Source of the DNA: Nanobdellota archaeon
Lineage (GTDB): Archaea > Nanobdellota > Nanobdellia > Woesearchaeales > SM23-78
Length of the DNA: 50,780 bases
NCBI GenBank assembly: GCA_018819305.1
Contig: JAHJQO010000006.1
Coordinates: 1 to 50,780 of the forward strand
Reading direction: 5' to 3'
Every line of letters begins with the position of its first letter. Positions within the stretch are counted from its first letter, which is position 1. Below are positions 28,293 through 37,319 of the stretch, piece by piece. Under the pieces are notes generated by a model. The model did no database searches, was not told the DNA's origin, and saw nothing but the letters and a program-made list of their open reading frames with translations. Made by a program: the position numbers and the translations under genes.

Positions 28293-28424
28293 TGCGGGGG
28301 AAGAGATTTGAACTCTCGTAGGCACTAAGCCACTGGGTGTCTCCAAGTCATAGCGTGAAGCTCATCACACCCAAAAATTGGACTTACCTAAGCCCAGCCC
28401 GTTTGACCGCTCCGGCACCCCCGC
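28293..28424 (-). tRNA. tRNA-Leu(UAG) with 48-nt intron at canonical 37/38 position (intron 28339-28386)
   Basis: GCGGGGG/CCCCCGC-A acceptor, CTGGG/CCCAG anticodon stem, loop CTTAGG|A, long variable arm, GTTCAAATC T-loop; no encoded CCA. Confidence 0.93.
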
Positions 28425-28570
28425 AAGAAGGTCTTATGAGAGTGAATTTCTTTTGTTTAAAAAACTTACTACAAAATCATAAAAACATTATATATAATGT
28501 GGACTTTTTATTTTAATAATATAAGTATACTAATCAAAATCAAAAAATTCAAGAAATTATTAGAAGTAAT

Positions 28571-28738
28571 TTATTTCTTCTTCCGCCAGTTATACACTCT
28601 CATCTTAGAACTGGTTCCAAAACCACATTTGGAACACCTTTTTTTTCTGATGTGGTATGTATGTTCTCCGCATCGTCTGCAACGTATATGGGTTTTTTTG
28701 CCTGACTTTTTCCCCATAGAAGGTGTTCCTTTGGTCAT
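28571..28738 (-). CDS. rpl37e: 50S ribosomal protein L37e (not in ORF track)
   Basis: Own translation [41 protein letters not shown]..; AGGTGA SD; follows Sm gene. Confidence 0.96.
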   Translation of the reverse strand: MTKGTPSMGKKSGKKTHIRCRRCGEHTYHIRKKRCSKCGFGTSSKMRVYNWRKKK

Positions 28739-28765
28739 ATTATTTCACCTGTTTAGAAACATAAT

Positions 28766-28990
28766 TTATTGTGTTGAGATGATTGTGATTGTGTCTCCTC
28801 TGATAAAGACTGTTCCTAGTTTTCTTTTCATCTCTCCATCAACTCTTTCCTCTGCATCAGTTAATACTGTATTAATATGTATGTCAAATGATACTAAGGT
28901 TCCTGTGTACTGTCTTTGATTTTTTAATTCTACTATTACTCTTTTTCCTCTTGCACTGTTCAATGCGTCAAGTGGTCTTGCTGCTTCCAT
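28766..28990 (-). CDS. Sm-like archaeal protein (SmAP1/Lsm)
   Basis: RPLDALN..GTLVSFDIHINTVL..VFIRGDTI; conserved Lsm-rpl37e pair. Confidence 0.95.
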   Translation of the reverse strand: MEAARPLDALNSARGKRVIVELKNQRQYTGTLVSFDIHINTVLTDAEERVDGEMKRKLGTVFIRGDTITIISTQ

Positions 28991-29103
28991 GTTTTATCAC
29001 CTACAAAATAAAAAAACTTATTTTTTTGAGGTATTGTAAACTATTTATAAATGTTATTATAATTTGAGCTGTAAAGTTAACGTCATTTAAATAACAAAAA
29101 AAT

Positions 29104-29325
29104 TTATCGTTTAAATATGATATTCAATGCTTTCTGCTGTTCTTCACTTATATTTTCAGAAGCATCAATTATCTTTTGGATTTTTGTCTGAATCACAATA
29201 TTTGAATCCCCCTGCACAATTTGAATATTTTTTCCATAAACAATTATAGGAGTATTTTTTTTATTTGATTTCTTTTCTGTGAGAAATTTGAATATATAAC
29301 TAGCTATAATACTAGCAGGAATAAT
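29104..29325 (-). pseudogene. Probable 3' remnant of a membrane-anchored hypothetical gene
   Basis: IIPASIIASYIFKFL..IQIVQGDSNIVIQ reads protein-like; the 5' part of the listed ORF overlaps a compositionally different segment. Confidence 0.3.
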
Positions 29326-29329
29326 CCTA

Positions 29330-29464
29330 CAACACAACTTCATAGAAAGCCACACCACCACAGGAGTAAGACCATGCGAACTAGCCAACCTAAACATAGG
29401 ACAAGGAACAAACAAATGGCTAGAACTCATAAAAACAGCTAGCATTGGATTAAATTACAAATAA
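29330..29464 (+). pseudogene. Tyrosine recombinase box I-like fragment
   Basis: Start-less frame reading FIESHTTTGVRPCELANLNIGQ matches TGxRxxELxxL. Confidence 0.4.
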
Positions 29465-29544
29465 ACCCTTTTATCGAACTGTTTTAGGTGTAGAAGACAA
29501 GAATTAACCTTAATATAACCCTTAAGAATAACGATATTAAAAAA

Positions 29545-30363
29545 TTATTCCTTTTTAATCCTTATTTCATATATTTGAGCTTTTAAACCTAAAGGGGTAG
29601 AAAAGCGATTATCGTCAACCTCATAATGCTTCTCTATCTTAAGTTCTTCTACAATCTTTCCTACTTTAACAATATTATTCTCACCAATCGCGTGTAATTT
29701 TATGAAAGGGATGTTGCTTAGTTTAAGTCTTTTTGTTATTTCGTGTTTAAGTTTTTCTTGGTTTGTATAATTCCCAACAAAAACTGCGGTTGGAAAGAAT
29801 TTCATTAAACTTCTATAAAATTTATTATACTCTTCAACATATTTTTCTTCTCCGTGACGTGATTTCATAACATCCATAAATGGTAGAATTAATTCATCAA
29901 AATAACCAGTGCTCATTAAATTAAAAAGCTTTTTCCCATTTTCAGGACAGTTCTTCTCCAACTGCCCTATGAGCTCATCAAAAAGCTTTTTATCTTTCCT
30001 TTTAGAGGCCAAAAAAGCTCTCCGCGCCATAAGAACACATTCAATTTCAGTTGAATTTAAAATTTTTCTTAATTTTTTCAAACTCTCTTTTTCCTGAATA
30101 CTTATTTGTTCATATTCAAGATAATCATCAACAATATCTTTATGCACAACCGGGAGTGGAAGTGTGTCCCTCTTTTTATATTTCTCCAACTCGTTGTAAA
30201 AGTTATCTATAACTTTTTTATCTTTAATGAGTTGGTCGCCTATTTTTATATTCTCTCCAGTAATGATTATTTTTCTGTTATCAGTTTTTCTAAAATCTAA
30301 TTTTATATTAATCTTAGGAGCTACTGCTTTTAAAGCCTTAAGAAGAAAGTCAGACCAATTCAT
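29545..30363 (-). CDS. Hypothetical protein (272 aa)
   Basis: Long AT-rich ORF starting 1 nt after the upstream gene's stop. Confidence 0.75.
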   Translation of the reverse strand: MNWSDFLLKALKAVAPKINIKLDFRKTDNRKIIITGENIKIGDQLIKDKKVIDNFYNELEKYKKRDTLPLPVVHKDIVDDYLEYEQISIQEKESLKKLRKILNSTEIECVLMARRAFLASKRKDKKLFDELIGQLEKNCPENGKKLFNLMSTGYFDELILPFMDVMKSRHGEEKYVEEYNKFYRSLMKFFPTAVFVGNYTNQEKLKHEITKRLKLSNIPFIKLHAIGENNIVKVGKIVEELKIEKHYEVDDNRFSTPLGLKAQIYEIRIKKE

Positions 30364-30364
30364 T

Positions 30365-30619
30365 TTAATCTAATCCACTAAAATATTTAACTAACTCTGA
30401 TTCTTCTTTCTTTATTGCTATCTTAGAACCTTTTAGAAAACCGCCAAAATTATTATTTGGTATGACTTCAAAATCGGGATTAGTAAGAAGTTTGCCCTTT
30501 TCATCAAGAATATCCGATTTCTCAACTTTAAATCCTAAAGCCTTGAGTAATCTTGATTTTGAAGTGTCATCAAAAACCAAGATTGGTTCTTCATTACTCA
30601 TTTTTTCATTATCAGCCAT
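30365..30619 (-). CDS. Small hypothetical protein
   Basis: AGGGGG SD before ATG 30619; TATA upstream; coupled to the 272-aa gene. Confidence 0.7.
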   Translation of the reverse strand: MADNEKMSNEEPILVFDDTSKSRLLKALGFKVEKSDILDEKGKLLTNPDFEVIPNNNFGGFLKGSKIAIKKEESELVKYFSGLD

Positions 30620-30997
30620 GTTCAACCCCCTAAAAGTTCGTTTCTAAGGAAATCTCTTTATTTTATAAATGTTTCCTCTGAAACCCACTTTAAAGGGATA
30701 AAAAGCAATCACCTCTAACACCATTTTTCATTTAAGGGTATATAAAGTTAACGATTTTCACCTCTTTCTTCGATTAGTTCTGGGTTTCTTTTTCTGTTAA
30801 ACTGCCAAGTTATAAATTTATCATTTACAATACATTTATAGTTTTAGCATGGCGAATAGTATGATTAGAAAAATAACGGGCTGTAAAGTTAACGTCAACT
30901 CATTATAATTTAAGTATAATTATCGTGATATATAGAAAAATTTATATGTCTCTTAATATTCGCTTATTAATAATTAATAAGTATAGGGGGGTTGAGT

Positions 30998-31204
30998 ATG
31001 GAAGAACAAGAAATTGGAAGATTAAAAAAAACTGAGTCCACTAGTGTTGTAATAAGGATTAATGAGTTCCAAGGAGAAAAAGGTGTGGACATTAGAGAGT
31101 TTGTTGAAACTAACAAATACACCGGACTCACGAAAAAAGGAACTCGTATCCCTGTCAGCAAGTGGCCTGAGTTCAAAGCCCTTATCGACAAGGTTGAAAT
31201 TTAA
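30998..31204 (+). CDS. PC4/YdbC-family ssDNA-binding protein
   Basis: INEFQGEKGVDIREFV..TKKGTRIP..WPEF PC4 signature. Confidence 0.85.
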   Translation: MEEQEIGRLKKTESTSVVIRINEFQGEKGVDIREFVETNKYTGLTKKGTRIPVSKWPEFKALIDKVEI

Positions 31205-31308
31205 ATTGTTTTTCAATGTATTCAGTATTTTTTCTTATTATCATTATAAGAAGTATATATAACACAAAAACATTACATTTATAAACACATAATTTTTTCT
31301 TCACGTGC

Positions 31309-31689
31309 ATGGTTATTATTCAAGCTAAACCAAAAAGAAAGCCTAGTGGTGCAAGATATACCAGCACAAGGACTAAGAGAATTCATCAAAAGGGCAGTCT
31401 TCCTACTAACACAAGGATTGGTGAGAAAGATACTCGAACTTTGAGAACCAAAGGCGGCAGTTCCAAGACAAAACTCTTGTTTGCTGACAAGGTTAATCTT
31501 TTTAATCCTAATACCCGAAAATGCACTGTCGAGGAGATTAAGACTGTGCTTGAAAGCCCCGCGAACAGGCATTTTGTAAGGCGTAATATAATTACAAAAG
31601 GTACTATTATTGATACTTCTAAAGGCAAAGCAAAAATTACCAGCCAGCCTGGCCAGGATGGAATGGTCAATGCTATTATTGTAAAATAA
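31309..31689 (+). CDS. rps8e: 30S ribosomal protein S8e
   Basis: RKPSGAR..RTKGG..NRHFVRRNIITKGTIIDT..SQPGQDGMVNA. Confidence 0.96.
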   Translation: MVIIQAKPKRKPSGARYTSTRTKRIHQKGSLPTNTRIGEKDTRTLRTKGGSSKTKLLFADKVNLFNPNTRKCTVEEIKTVLESPANRHFVRRNIITKGTIIDTSKGKAKITSQPGQDGMVNAIIVK

Positions 31690-31768
31690 ATTAACTTATT
31701 CTTTAACTACTTTAAAGTGGTTATAAAACGAAAGCTTTATAAATGATAAAATCAACAAGGATTCTAAA

Positions 31769-32356
31769 ATGGATATAAGACCAATTGAAAACTGGAATGA
31801 TTATCTCAACTATTGCAGTCTTACACCTCCAAAAAATTATAGCAAACCAAATCCTATTGATTATCTCGTAGCAAACATAGCCAAGAAAACACCACTCACA
31901 GCAAAGGCTAAAAGAGCTGTTCTAAAAACCATTTATGACAATCTAAATATCAAAGGAGGAAAAGCACCAATTGATGAAGCTCCTGATAAAAATGTTCATG
32001 CTGCTTTTCAAAGAGTTTTTTTAGGTAAAGATAAAAAAATAAATTATGATCGCATTAAAAATCAACTGAGGCAACTAAAAAGAAAAGATTCTCCTATTCA
32101 AAAACAAATTGATTTTTACAGAAAGAACCTTGCTTATCAAATTGAAAACACAGCATTAGAACAAATCAATCTACCGGATTTGGTAAGCACAGATGTTATT
32201 TTTGGTCATGAACTTCCATTTCCAAAGTCAATGGAAATCAGAGACACAATTGAGCAAAAAATTGAGCAGAGTTCAAAAAATGATGTTACTGAATTAAGAA
32301 AAACTTTTGGCGATCCAGTAATGCTCCAATACGCAGCAACGCATCAATACAAATAA
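31769..32356 (+). CDS. Hypothetical protein
   Basis: 195-aa ORF, leaderless after CGAAAGCTTTATAAA promoter. Confidence 0.65.
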   Translation: MDIRPIENWNDYLNYCSLTPPKNYSKPNPIDYLVANIAKKTPLTAKAKRAVLKTIYDNLNIKGGKAPIDEAPDKNVHAAFQRVFLGKDKKINYDRIKNQLRQLKRKDSPIQKQIDFYRKNLAYQIENTALEQINLPDLVSTDVIFGHELPFPKSMEIRDTIEQKIEQSSKNDVTELRKTFGDPVMLQYAATHQYK

Positions 32357-32365
32357 AACCTTTTT

Positions 32366-33574
32366 CTAAACAACCCATCCATTAAGAACAAGATAAATAC
32401 CAATCAACAGCATAATAATTCCTGCAATCAAATGCAAGAGCCTTATGTTCTTTTCTTTCCATCCTGAAACTTTTTCTACAGAAGCAATGCCGCCAAACAC
32501 AATGAAAGTTATGACAATCATAGGAACAACAAAAATAAAATTATACAATGCAAGCCAGGGCAGAGTCTTAACAAATTCTAAAGCAGATAAAAGACCTCCT
32601 GCAATAAAATAAGGCCCGATAGTACATGGTAATAAGAATATTGTAACAAGCAAGCCAATAACAAATGCGCCTTTAGGACTTCGCACACCTTCAATAATTT
32701 TTTTTACTTTTGGTCTGAGCAGCAGAGGCATCTCAGTTCCGACACGACCAGGTCTGTAATTAATAAAATCCCTAATTCCAAGAAGCCCCAAAATAATAGC
32801 CAATACACCTAAAGCTTTGGTAACCCAGAAAGTCATATTAAAAATAAAACTAAATTGAAAAAGTTTGACAATGATTATGCCATAAACAAAATACATCACA
32901 AAAATAGCACCAACAAAAGCCAGACCTGCAAGCAAAACCTTGTATTTTTTTGTCGGGTCATGAGTCAAAATAGCAACCAGCACAAAAACAAGAACTGCAA
33001 TAGCACAAGGATTAATTGCATCAACAGCAGCAAGCCCTAAAATTGTGGCAAAGGTTAATTCTTTCGCAGGTGTTTCGCAAGTAGCATTACTGCCTGCTTG
33101 TGTTTTATTCTGTCCAATTAAAATTTCAGGTAACCCAGGTAAAGTGCTGCAATCCAACTCATCATAATAAACAGAAGAACCATCTTCAAGAGGGCAGGGG
33201 TTTGATTCCATGCTGTTAACAGCATCTTCTAAACCCTCAATAATAGGTATATCTCCCCTAATAATAACATCTTTATTAAAAATAATCATAGGAAAACCAG
33301 GTCTTGTTCCATAAGTAGTAGAATATGTATTAAGATAAGGCATGTTTTGTGAATTCTGCTGAACTTCGTACTTAATTAAAACAAGATTAGGTGTATTATT
33401 CAGTACTTCTTCAATTGTAGGTGCTGCTTTTTCACAATGAGGACAATTAACACCTGTGAAATAAACACCGCAAATAGGAATATCTGCATGAAAATCATGT
33501 GGTTCTTCAGCAGAAACAAATGGAATTATAAATAATATAAACAACAATGGAATAATTAATAATTGTTTTTTCAT
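32366..33574 (-). CDS. Thioredoxin-like domain fused to CcdA/DsbD-family membrane redox domain
   Basis: Signal peptide, CPHC, then TM domain with DAINPCA and LLPCTIGPY cysteines. Confidence 0.85.
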   Translation of the reverse strand: MKKQLLIIPLLFILFIIPFVSAEEPHDFHADIPICGVYFTGVNCPHCEKAAPTIEEVLNNTPNLVLIKYEVQQNSQNMPYLNTYSTTYGTRPGFPMIIFNKDVIIRGDIPIIEGLEDAVNSMESNPCPLEDGSSVYYDELDCSTLPGLPEILIGQNKTQAGSNATCETPAKELTFATILGLAAVDAINPCAIAVLVFVLVAILTHDPTKKYKVLLAGLAFVGAIFVMYFVYGIIIVKLFQFSFIFNMTFWVTKALGVLAIILGLLGIRDFINYRPGRVGTEMPLLLRPKVKKIIEGVRSPKGAFVIGLLVTIFLLPCTIGPYFIAGGLLSALEFVKTLPWLALYNFIFVVPMIVITFIVFGGIASVEKVSGWKEKNIRLLHLIAGIIMLLIGIYLVLNGWVV

Positions 33575-33635
33575 TTTTTAATCCTTGTCATTTCTACTTA
33601 TTTTTAAAGTTTATCATTATTTCGAAAGTAAATAA

Positions 33636-34385
33636 TTAATGGTGAAATAAAAACTTAAGCAAAAACATAAATCCTATTCCTATCAGGAAAAAAACAAATG
33701 ACATCATTGATTTCTTAAGATTGGATTCTTTGTGCAGTTCAGGAATCAGGTCAGATGCCGCAATATATATAAAGCCTCCTGCTGCAAATGGCAGGATATA
33801 AGGAACAACTCCTTCTATATGTGATGCAAAAATATATCCTACAATTCCTCCAACTACAGAAACAAGCTGAGAGATAAGATTGCAAACCAGTGCCTTTGTC
33901 TTGCTGAATCCACCATAAACAAGCACGCCAAAATCACCTAGTTCTTGGGGAAGTTCATGCCCCATAATCAAAAGTGTGGTTATAATACCAAAATGAATAT
34001 TAACCATGAAACTAACACCAATTATTATGCCGTCGATAAAGTTATGAACAGAATCCCCAATAAGTATCAAATAAGAAATGGGATGTACCTTGCATTTTTC
34101 TCCGTGCTTGTGACAGTGATGCCAGTGCAGGAATTTTTCAATAATAAAAAACATAATAAAACCAATCATCATAATACCAAAAACAGTCATGGCAGGAAGT
34201 TCTTCTAATGCTTCTGGCAAAAGATGGAAAAATGCTCCGCTTAACAATGCTCCTGCGGAAAAAGCCACAAGAACCATAATTATTTTATTGAAAACCTTAT
34301 CTTTTATCCACAGAGAAAATACTCCTGTTAAAGCAATCAGACCGTTAGCAACGGTTGCAAGGATAATCCAGATTAAAACATTCAT
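33636..34385 (-). CDS. ZIP family metal transporter
   Basis: HLLPEA, His-rich loop HWHHCHKH, HNFIDG, HELPQELGDF, DLIPELH. Confidence 0.95.
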   Translation of the reverse strand: MNVLIWIILATVANGLIALTGVFSLWIKDKVFNKIIMVLVAFSAGALLSGAFFHLLPEALEELPAMTVFGIMMIGFIMFFIIEKFLHWHHCHKHGEKCKVHPISYLILIGDSVHNFIDGIIIGVSFMVNIHFGIITTLLIMGHELPQELGDFGVLVYGGFSKTKALVCNLISQLVSVVGGIVGYIFASHIEGVVPYILPFAAGGFIYIAASDLIPELHKESNLKKSMMSFVFFLIGIGFMFLLKFLFHH

Positions 34386-34714
34386 CTTTTACCTCTTTGA
34401 TGCCTTTTGCAAACACATTTTTTATTTAGATTAAAGTCTCCACCTTCAATTTTTAGGGCTTTTCCATTAATCAATGCTTCTGCTATTTTTTTCCTTGCAC
34501 TAGATAACAGCCTGTGAAAAGTTGGCTGGGAGATATTCATTTCTCCTGCAGCTTTCTCCTGTTCAAAGCCTTGCAAGTCTTTTAACCTGACGGCTTCAAG
34601 TTCATCTATTGTCAGAATGATTTGTTCAAGCTCGTCACTTTTTATCCCTGCCGGCTTGAAAAATGTATGAAAAGGATGATGACACACTCTTCGATGCAAT
34701 CTGGGTCTTACCAT
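34382..34714 (-). CDS. DUF134 domain HTH protein
   Basis: MVRPR..FKPAG..LTIDELEAVRLKD..AAGEMNISQPTFHRLLSSARKKIAEAL..IEGG. Confidence 0.92.
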   Translation of the reverse strand: MVRPRLHRRVCHHPFHTFFKPAGIKSDELEQIILTIDELEAVRLKDLQGFEQEKAAGEMNISQPTFHRLLSSARKKIAEALINGKALKIEGGDFNLNKKCVCKRHQRGKR

Positions 34715-34722
34715 GATTAATT

Positions 34723-34738
34723 AGGAATATGTATTCAT
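34723..34738. promoter_or_regulatory. Palindromic operator upstream of DUF134
   Basis: AGGAATATGTATTCAT, matching two sites at 35098 and 35122. Confidence 0.55.
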
Positions 34739-34812
34739 TAAAAATCTTTTGTTTTTTTGAAAAAAAGAAAAGAAAAATTGAAAAAGAAATAAAAGAAAAA
34801 AAGAAAAATCTA

Positions 34813-35046
34813 TTATTTGTCTAATTCAGCTATTTTTTCTTCAATTTCTTTTTTATGATCTTGCAGGATTTTCTTCTGAGCTTCCTTATCCAATCCATCA
34901 AAACATACTCCTCTTCCAAGTCCTCTTCCAAAGCCTCTTCTCTGGCCTCCTCTGAATCCTCTGGCAAGTCCGCTTCCACAGGGTCCTAAGCCTCGACCTG
35001 ATAAAGAACCTTCGCCTTGAGGTCCGCTTCCATCTCTTCCCGGCAT
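34813..35046 (-). CDS. DUF5320 family Gly/Arg-rich protein
   Basis: MPGRDGSGPQGEG..GRGLGPC..GFGRG plus C-terminal coiled coil; GGAGG SD. Confidence 0.85.
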   Translation of the reverse strand: MPGRDGSGPQGEGSLSGRGLGPCGSGLARGFRGGQRRGFGRGLGRGVCFDGLDKEAQKKILQDHKKEIEEKIAELDK

Positions 35047-35097
35047 ATTTATCGCCTCCAAATTTTATTTTTTATTTGTTTCTTGGTTTTCTTGTAA

Positions 35098-35137
35098 ATG
35101 AATATAAATTCATAACTAATAATGAATATGTATTCAT
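35098..35137. promoter_or_regulatory. Tandem palindromic operators upstream of DUF5320
   Basis: ATGAATATAAATTCAT (35098-35113) and ATGAATATGTATTCAT (35122-35137) just downstream of a TATA box. Confidence 0.6.
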
Positions 35138-35213
35138 AACTAGTATTTAAAGTTTTCGGAAATTAATAAAAAATTGAAAAAAAACAGAATAATAAATCAA
35201 GAAACATCATAAA

Positions 35214-35450
35214 TCATACATAAACAGCATTCTTATCGCTGGTTTTGATGCCATTGATTAAAAGGTAGTTCCAAAACAAGCCTTTTCTCTTTACAGCTCT
35301 GACAGCAAAACCTGCCTCTCTAAAAACTTTTTGTAATTTATCCATGTCATCCAGAATCTCTTTGTCAGGAATCACTTTGTAAAGGTCGACATATTCAAAA
35401 AAATGAATTCTGCCGTGTTCAGGCATAACAAAATAAGATATCATATTCAA
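35214..35450 (-). pseudogene. Fragment paralogous to the C-terminus of the APC-methyltransferase fusion
   Basis: MPEHGRIHFFEY..FREAGFAVRAVKRKGLFWNYLLINGIK aligns with LPEGGRICFVDY..FRKAGFSVKIERKRGILWNYLFVYGIK. Confidence 0.75.
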
Positions 35451-35535
35451 TACTTATAAATTTTTTTGAAAATACCCCAACGTGAATAGAAAAACTTTAT
35501 AAAAACAGTTTCCAAAGGAATAAATAAGGTGAAAA

Positions 35536-36255
35536 ATGAACATTGAAATTCTGCTTCTTATTATTGTAGCAGTTGTGATTATTTATTTTGCTACAAAATT
35601 TCTCACCAAGACTGTGAAAATTATAACTAAAGTCATCTTGTTGATTGTTGTAGTGTTAGTTTTCCTGACAATACTGTCTTACAAAGACATGATGGATGTA
35701 AGAACTGGTTTTGAAAAAAACAACAATACTTTTTTTTTATATGAAAATAACAAGCTTTCAACAGCTGTTATGCTAAAACCTATTACAAGTGATAATCTGA
35801 CCATGGAGAGTGTTAATTATTTTACAAAAGATGAGCTTGAAGAGTTTGAAAAAAATATAGAAGCTAAAGATTATAAATCTCTGCTTAATAATAACAACAA
35901 GATATTCATTGTGAAATCAAATCTTCTTGACAAGCCATACAACATAAACCTGGGCGCTAATTTAGATCAGGAAGATTTGCTCAGCATGATATGGAGTGAA
36001 GATCCATTTCTTATTTTAGCTCAAAAATCACAGGAAAACTATGACATGAATATTGACAGATTAAAAGAAAACTTCAAAGAGATATATGGCACTGAAGAAA
36101 CCTTCAAAGGATACATCTTCGCAGGGCTGATTATAAACATATTTTTTAACAAGCAAGAGACAGGTGATTTAACTAAAAATCTAAAGACAGGCGATTTAAA
36201 GATTTATCCTGAGAGCATAAGTTTTAAGATAAGCAAATACCTGCCCTGGGCGTAA
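35536..36255 (+). CDS. Hypothetical membrane-anchored protein
   Basis: Two N-terminal TM helices; AGGTGA SD. Confidence 0.75.
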   Translation: MNIEILLLIIVAVVIIYFATKFLTKTVKIITKVILLIVVVLVFLTILSYKDMMDVRTGFEKNNNTFFLYENNKLSTAVMLKPITSDNLTMESVNYFTKDELEEFEKNIEAKDYKSLLNNNNKIFIVKSNLLDKPYNINLGANLDQEDLLSMIWSEDPFLILAQKSQENYDMNIDRLKENFKEIYGTEETFKGYIFAGLIINIFFNKQETGDLTKNLKTGDLKIYPESISFKISKYLPWA

Positions 36256-36325
36256 TTAAATCGTTAAGAGTAAAGTTTTTATATTAAAACATAGAATAAT
36301 AGTAAATAAATAAAAAAAGAGGTAT

Positions 36326-36751
36326 ATGATGGGTATTTTTAGTAAGTTTCTAGGGAAAAAGAATGATGACCTAGGACTGGATGACTTTGACAAAAGTTTT
36401 GGAAGCGGAAGCCCTGGCATGAATGACCCCATGGGAAGCCCTGACTTCGGAAGCCCAATGGGAATGCCACCTCAGACAACACCTGGAATGCCCGGCCAGC
36501 CAAGTTCTTCAGGCAGTTATTCTCCAGAAGCTTTTGGATTTGAAAAAGTGAATCAACAGGAAAGGTCAGCCACAGGAATGGGTTCTCAGCAAAACCTGAG
36601 TGAAATAAATCTTGGAAAAGACATGGAAATAATCAGTGCCAAGCTTGATGCAATCAAAGCAGAGCTCGATTCAATGAGCCAGCGACTGAAAAGGCTTGAA
36701 AGACTTGCAGAAGGAGACCCTCATATTAATAAGGACAAGTGGAGTTATTGA
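36326..36751 (+). CDS. Hypothetical protein, low-complexity middle with C-terminal coiled coil
   Basis: MGIFSKFLG amphipathic start; KDMEIISAKLDAIKAELDSMSQRLKRLE; GAGGT SD. Confidence 0.75.
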   Translation: MMGIFSKFLGKKNDDLGLDDFDKSFGSGSPGMNDPMGSPDFGSPMGMPPQTTPGMPGQPSSSGSYSPEAFGFEKVNQQERSATGMGSQQNLSEINLGKDMEIISAKLDAIKAELDSMSQRLKRLERLAEGDPHINKDKWSY

Positions 36752-36794
36752 ATCGATAGAAAACTTTTTATTCTCAATTAACTTATTCTAAAGC

Positions 36795-37319
36795 ATGAAA
36801 GCATTCCTCAGAAACACAATCATTCTTATTGCTCTGATTGTACTAGACCAAGTGCTTAAGTTCTTTATTGAATCCAAGAAGTTTTTTGTTGACCTTGGCA
36901 TTGTAAGTTTTCATTACATTACAAATACTGGTGCTAGTTTTGGAATATTTCAGAACAACAATGTTCTATTGGCCTGGGTGAGTATTATTGTTCTTGGTCT
37001 TATCATGCTGCTTGCAGACAAGATGAAAAAACAACATGCACTTCCAGTAGTTCTGATTGTTGCAGGCATTATTGGAAATCTTATTGACAGGGTTTTCAGA
37101 GGATTTGTAGTTGACTTCATAGATTTCAAGTTCTGGCCTGTGTTTAATATTGCAGACTCAGTTATTTGCATTGGCGTGATTTGGCTTGCAATTGTTATAA
37201 TTATTGATGATATTAAAGATTCTAAGAAGAAGGAAAATAAGCCTATAAAATTAAAAGCAAAAAAACATAAAAAGAAAAAAGTAAGGCCCTCGCCGATTGA
37301 GAGCAATTATAATCCTTAA
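36795..37319 (+). CDS. lspA: Signal peptidase II (lipoprotein signal peptidase)
   Basis: LDQVLK, NTGASFG, GNLIDR, VVDFID, FNIAD conserved boxes. Confidence 0.92.
   Translation: MKAFLRNTIILIALIVLDQVLKFFIESKKFFVDLGIVSFHYITNTGASFGIFQNNNVLLAWVSIIVLGLIMLLADKMKKQHALPVVLIVAGIIGNLIDRVFRGFVVDFIDFKFWPVFNIADSVICIGVIWLAIVIIIDDIKDSKKKENKPIKLKAKKHKKKKVRPSPIESNYNP

Larger units (their letters stand above)
29068..30897. mobile_element. Small islet bounded by perfect 18-bp direct repeats
   Basis: GCTGTAAAGTTAACGTCA at 29068-29085 and 30880-30897; encloses orphan ORFs and an integrase-like relic. Confidence 0.55.

Noticed and set aside
28293-28424. tRNA as the att site of the nearby islet
   Set aside because: No duplicated tRNA 3' fragment found; the 18-bp repeat does not match the tRNA
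28497-28919. 140-aa plus-strand ORF
   Set aside because: Antisense to rpl37e and SmAP, which are clearly the real genes
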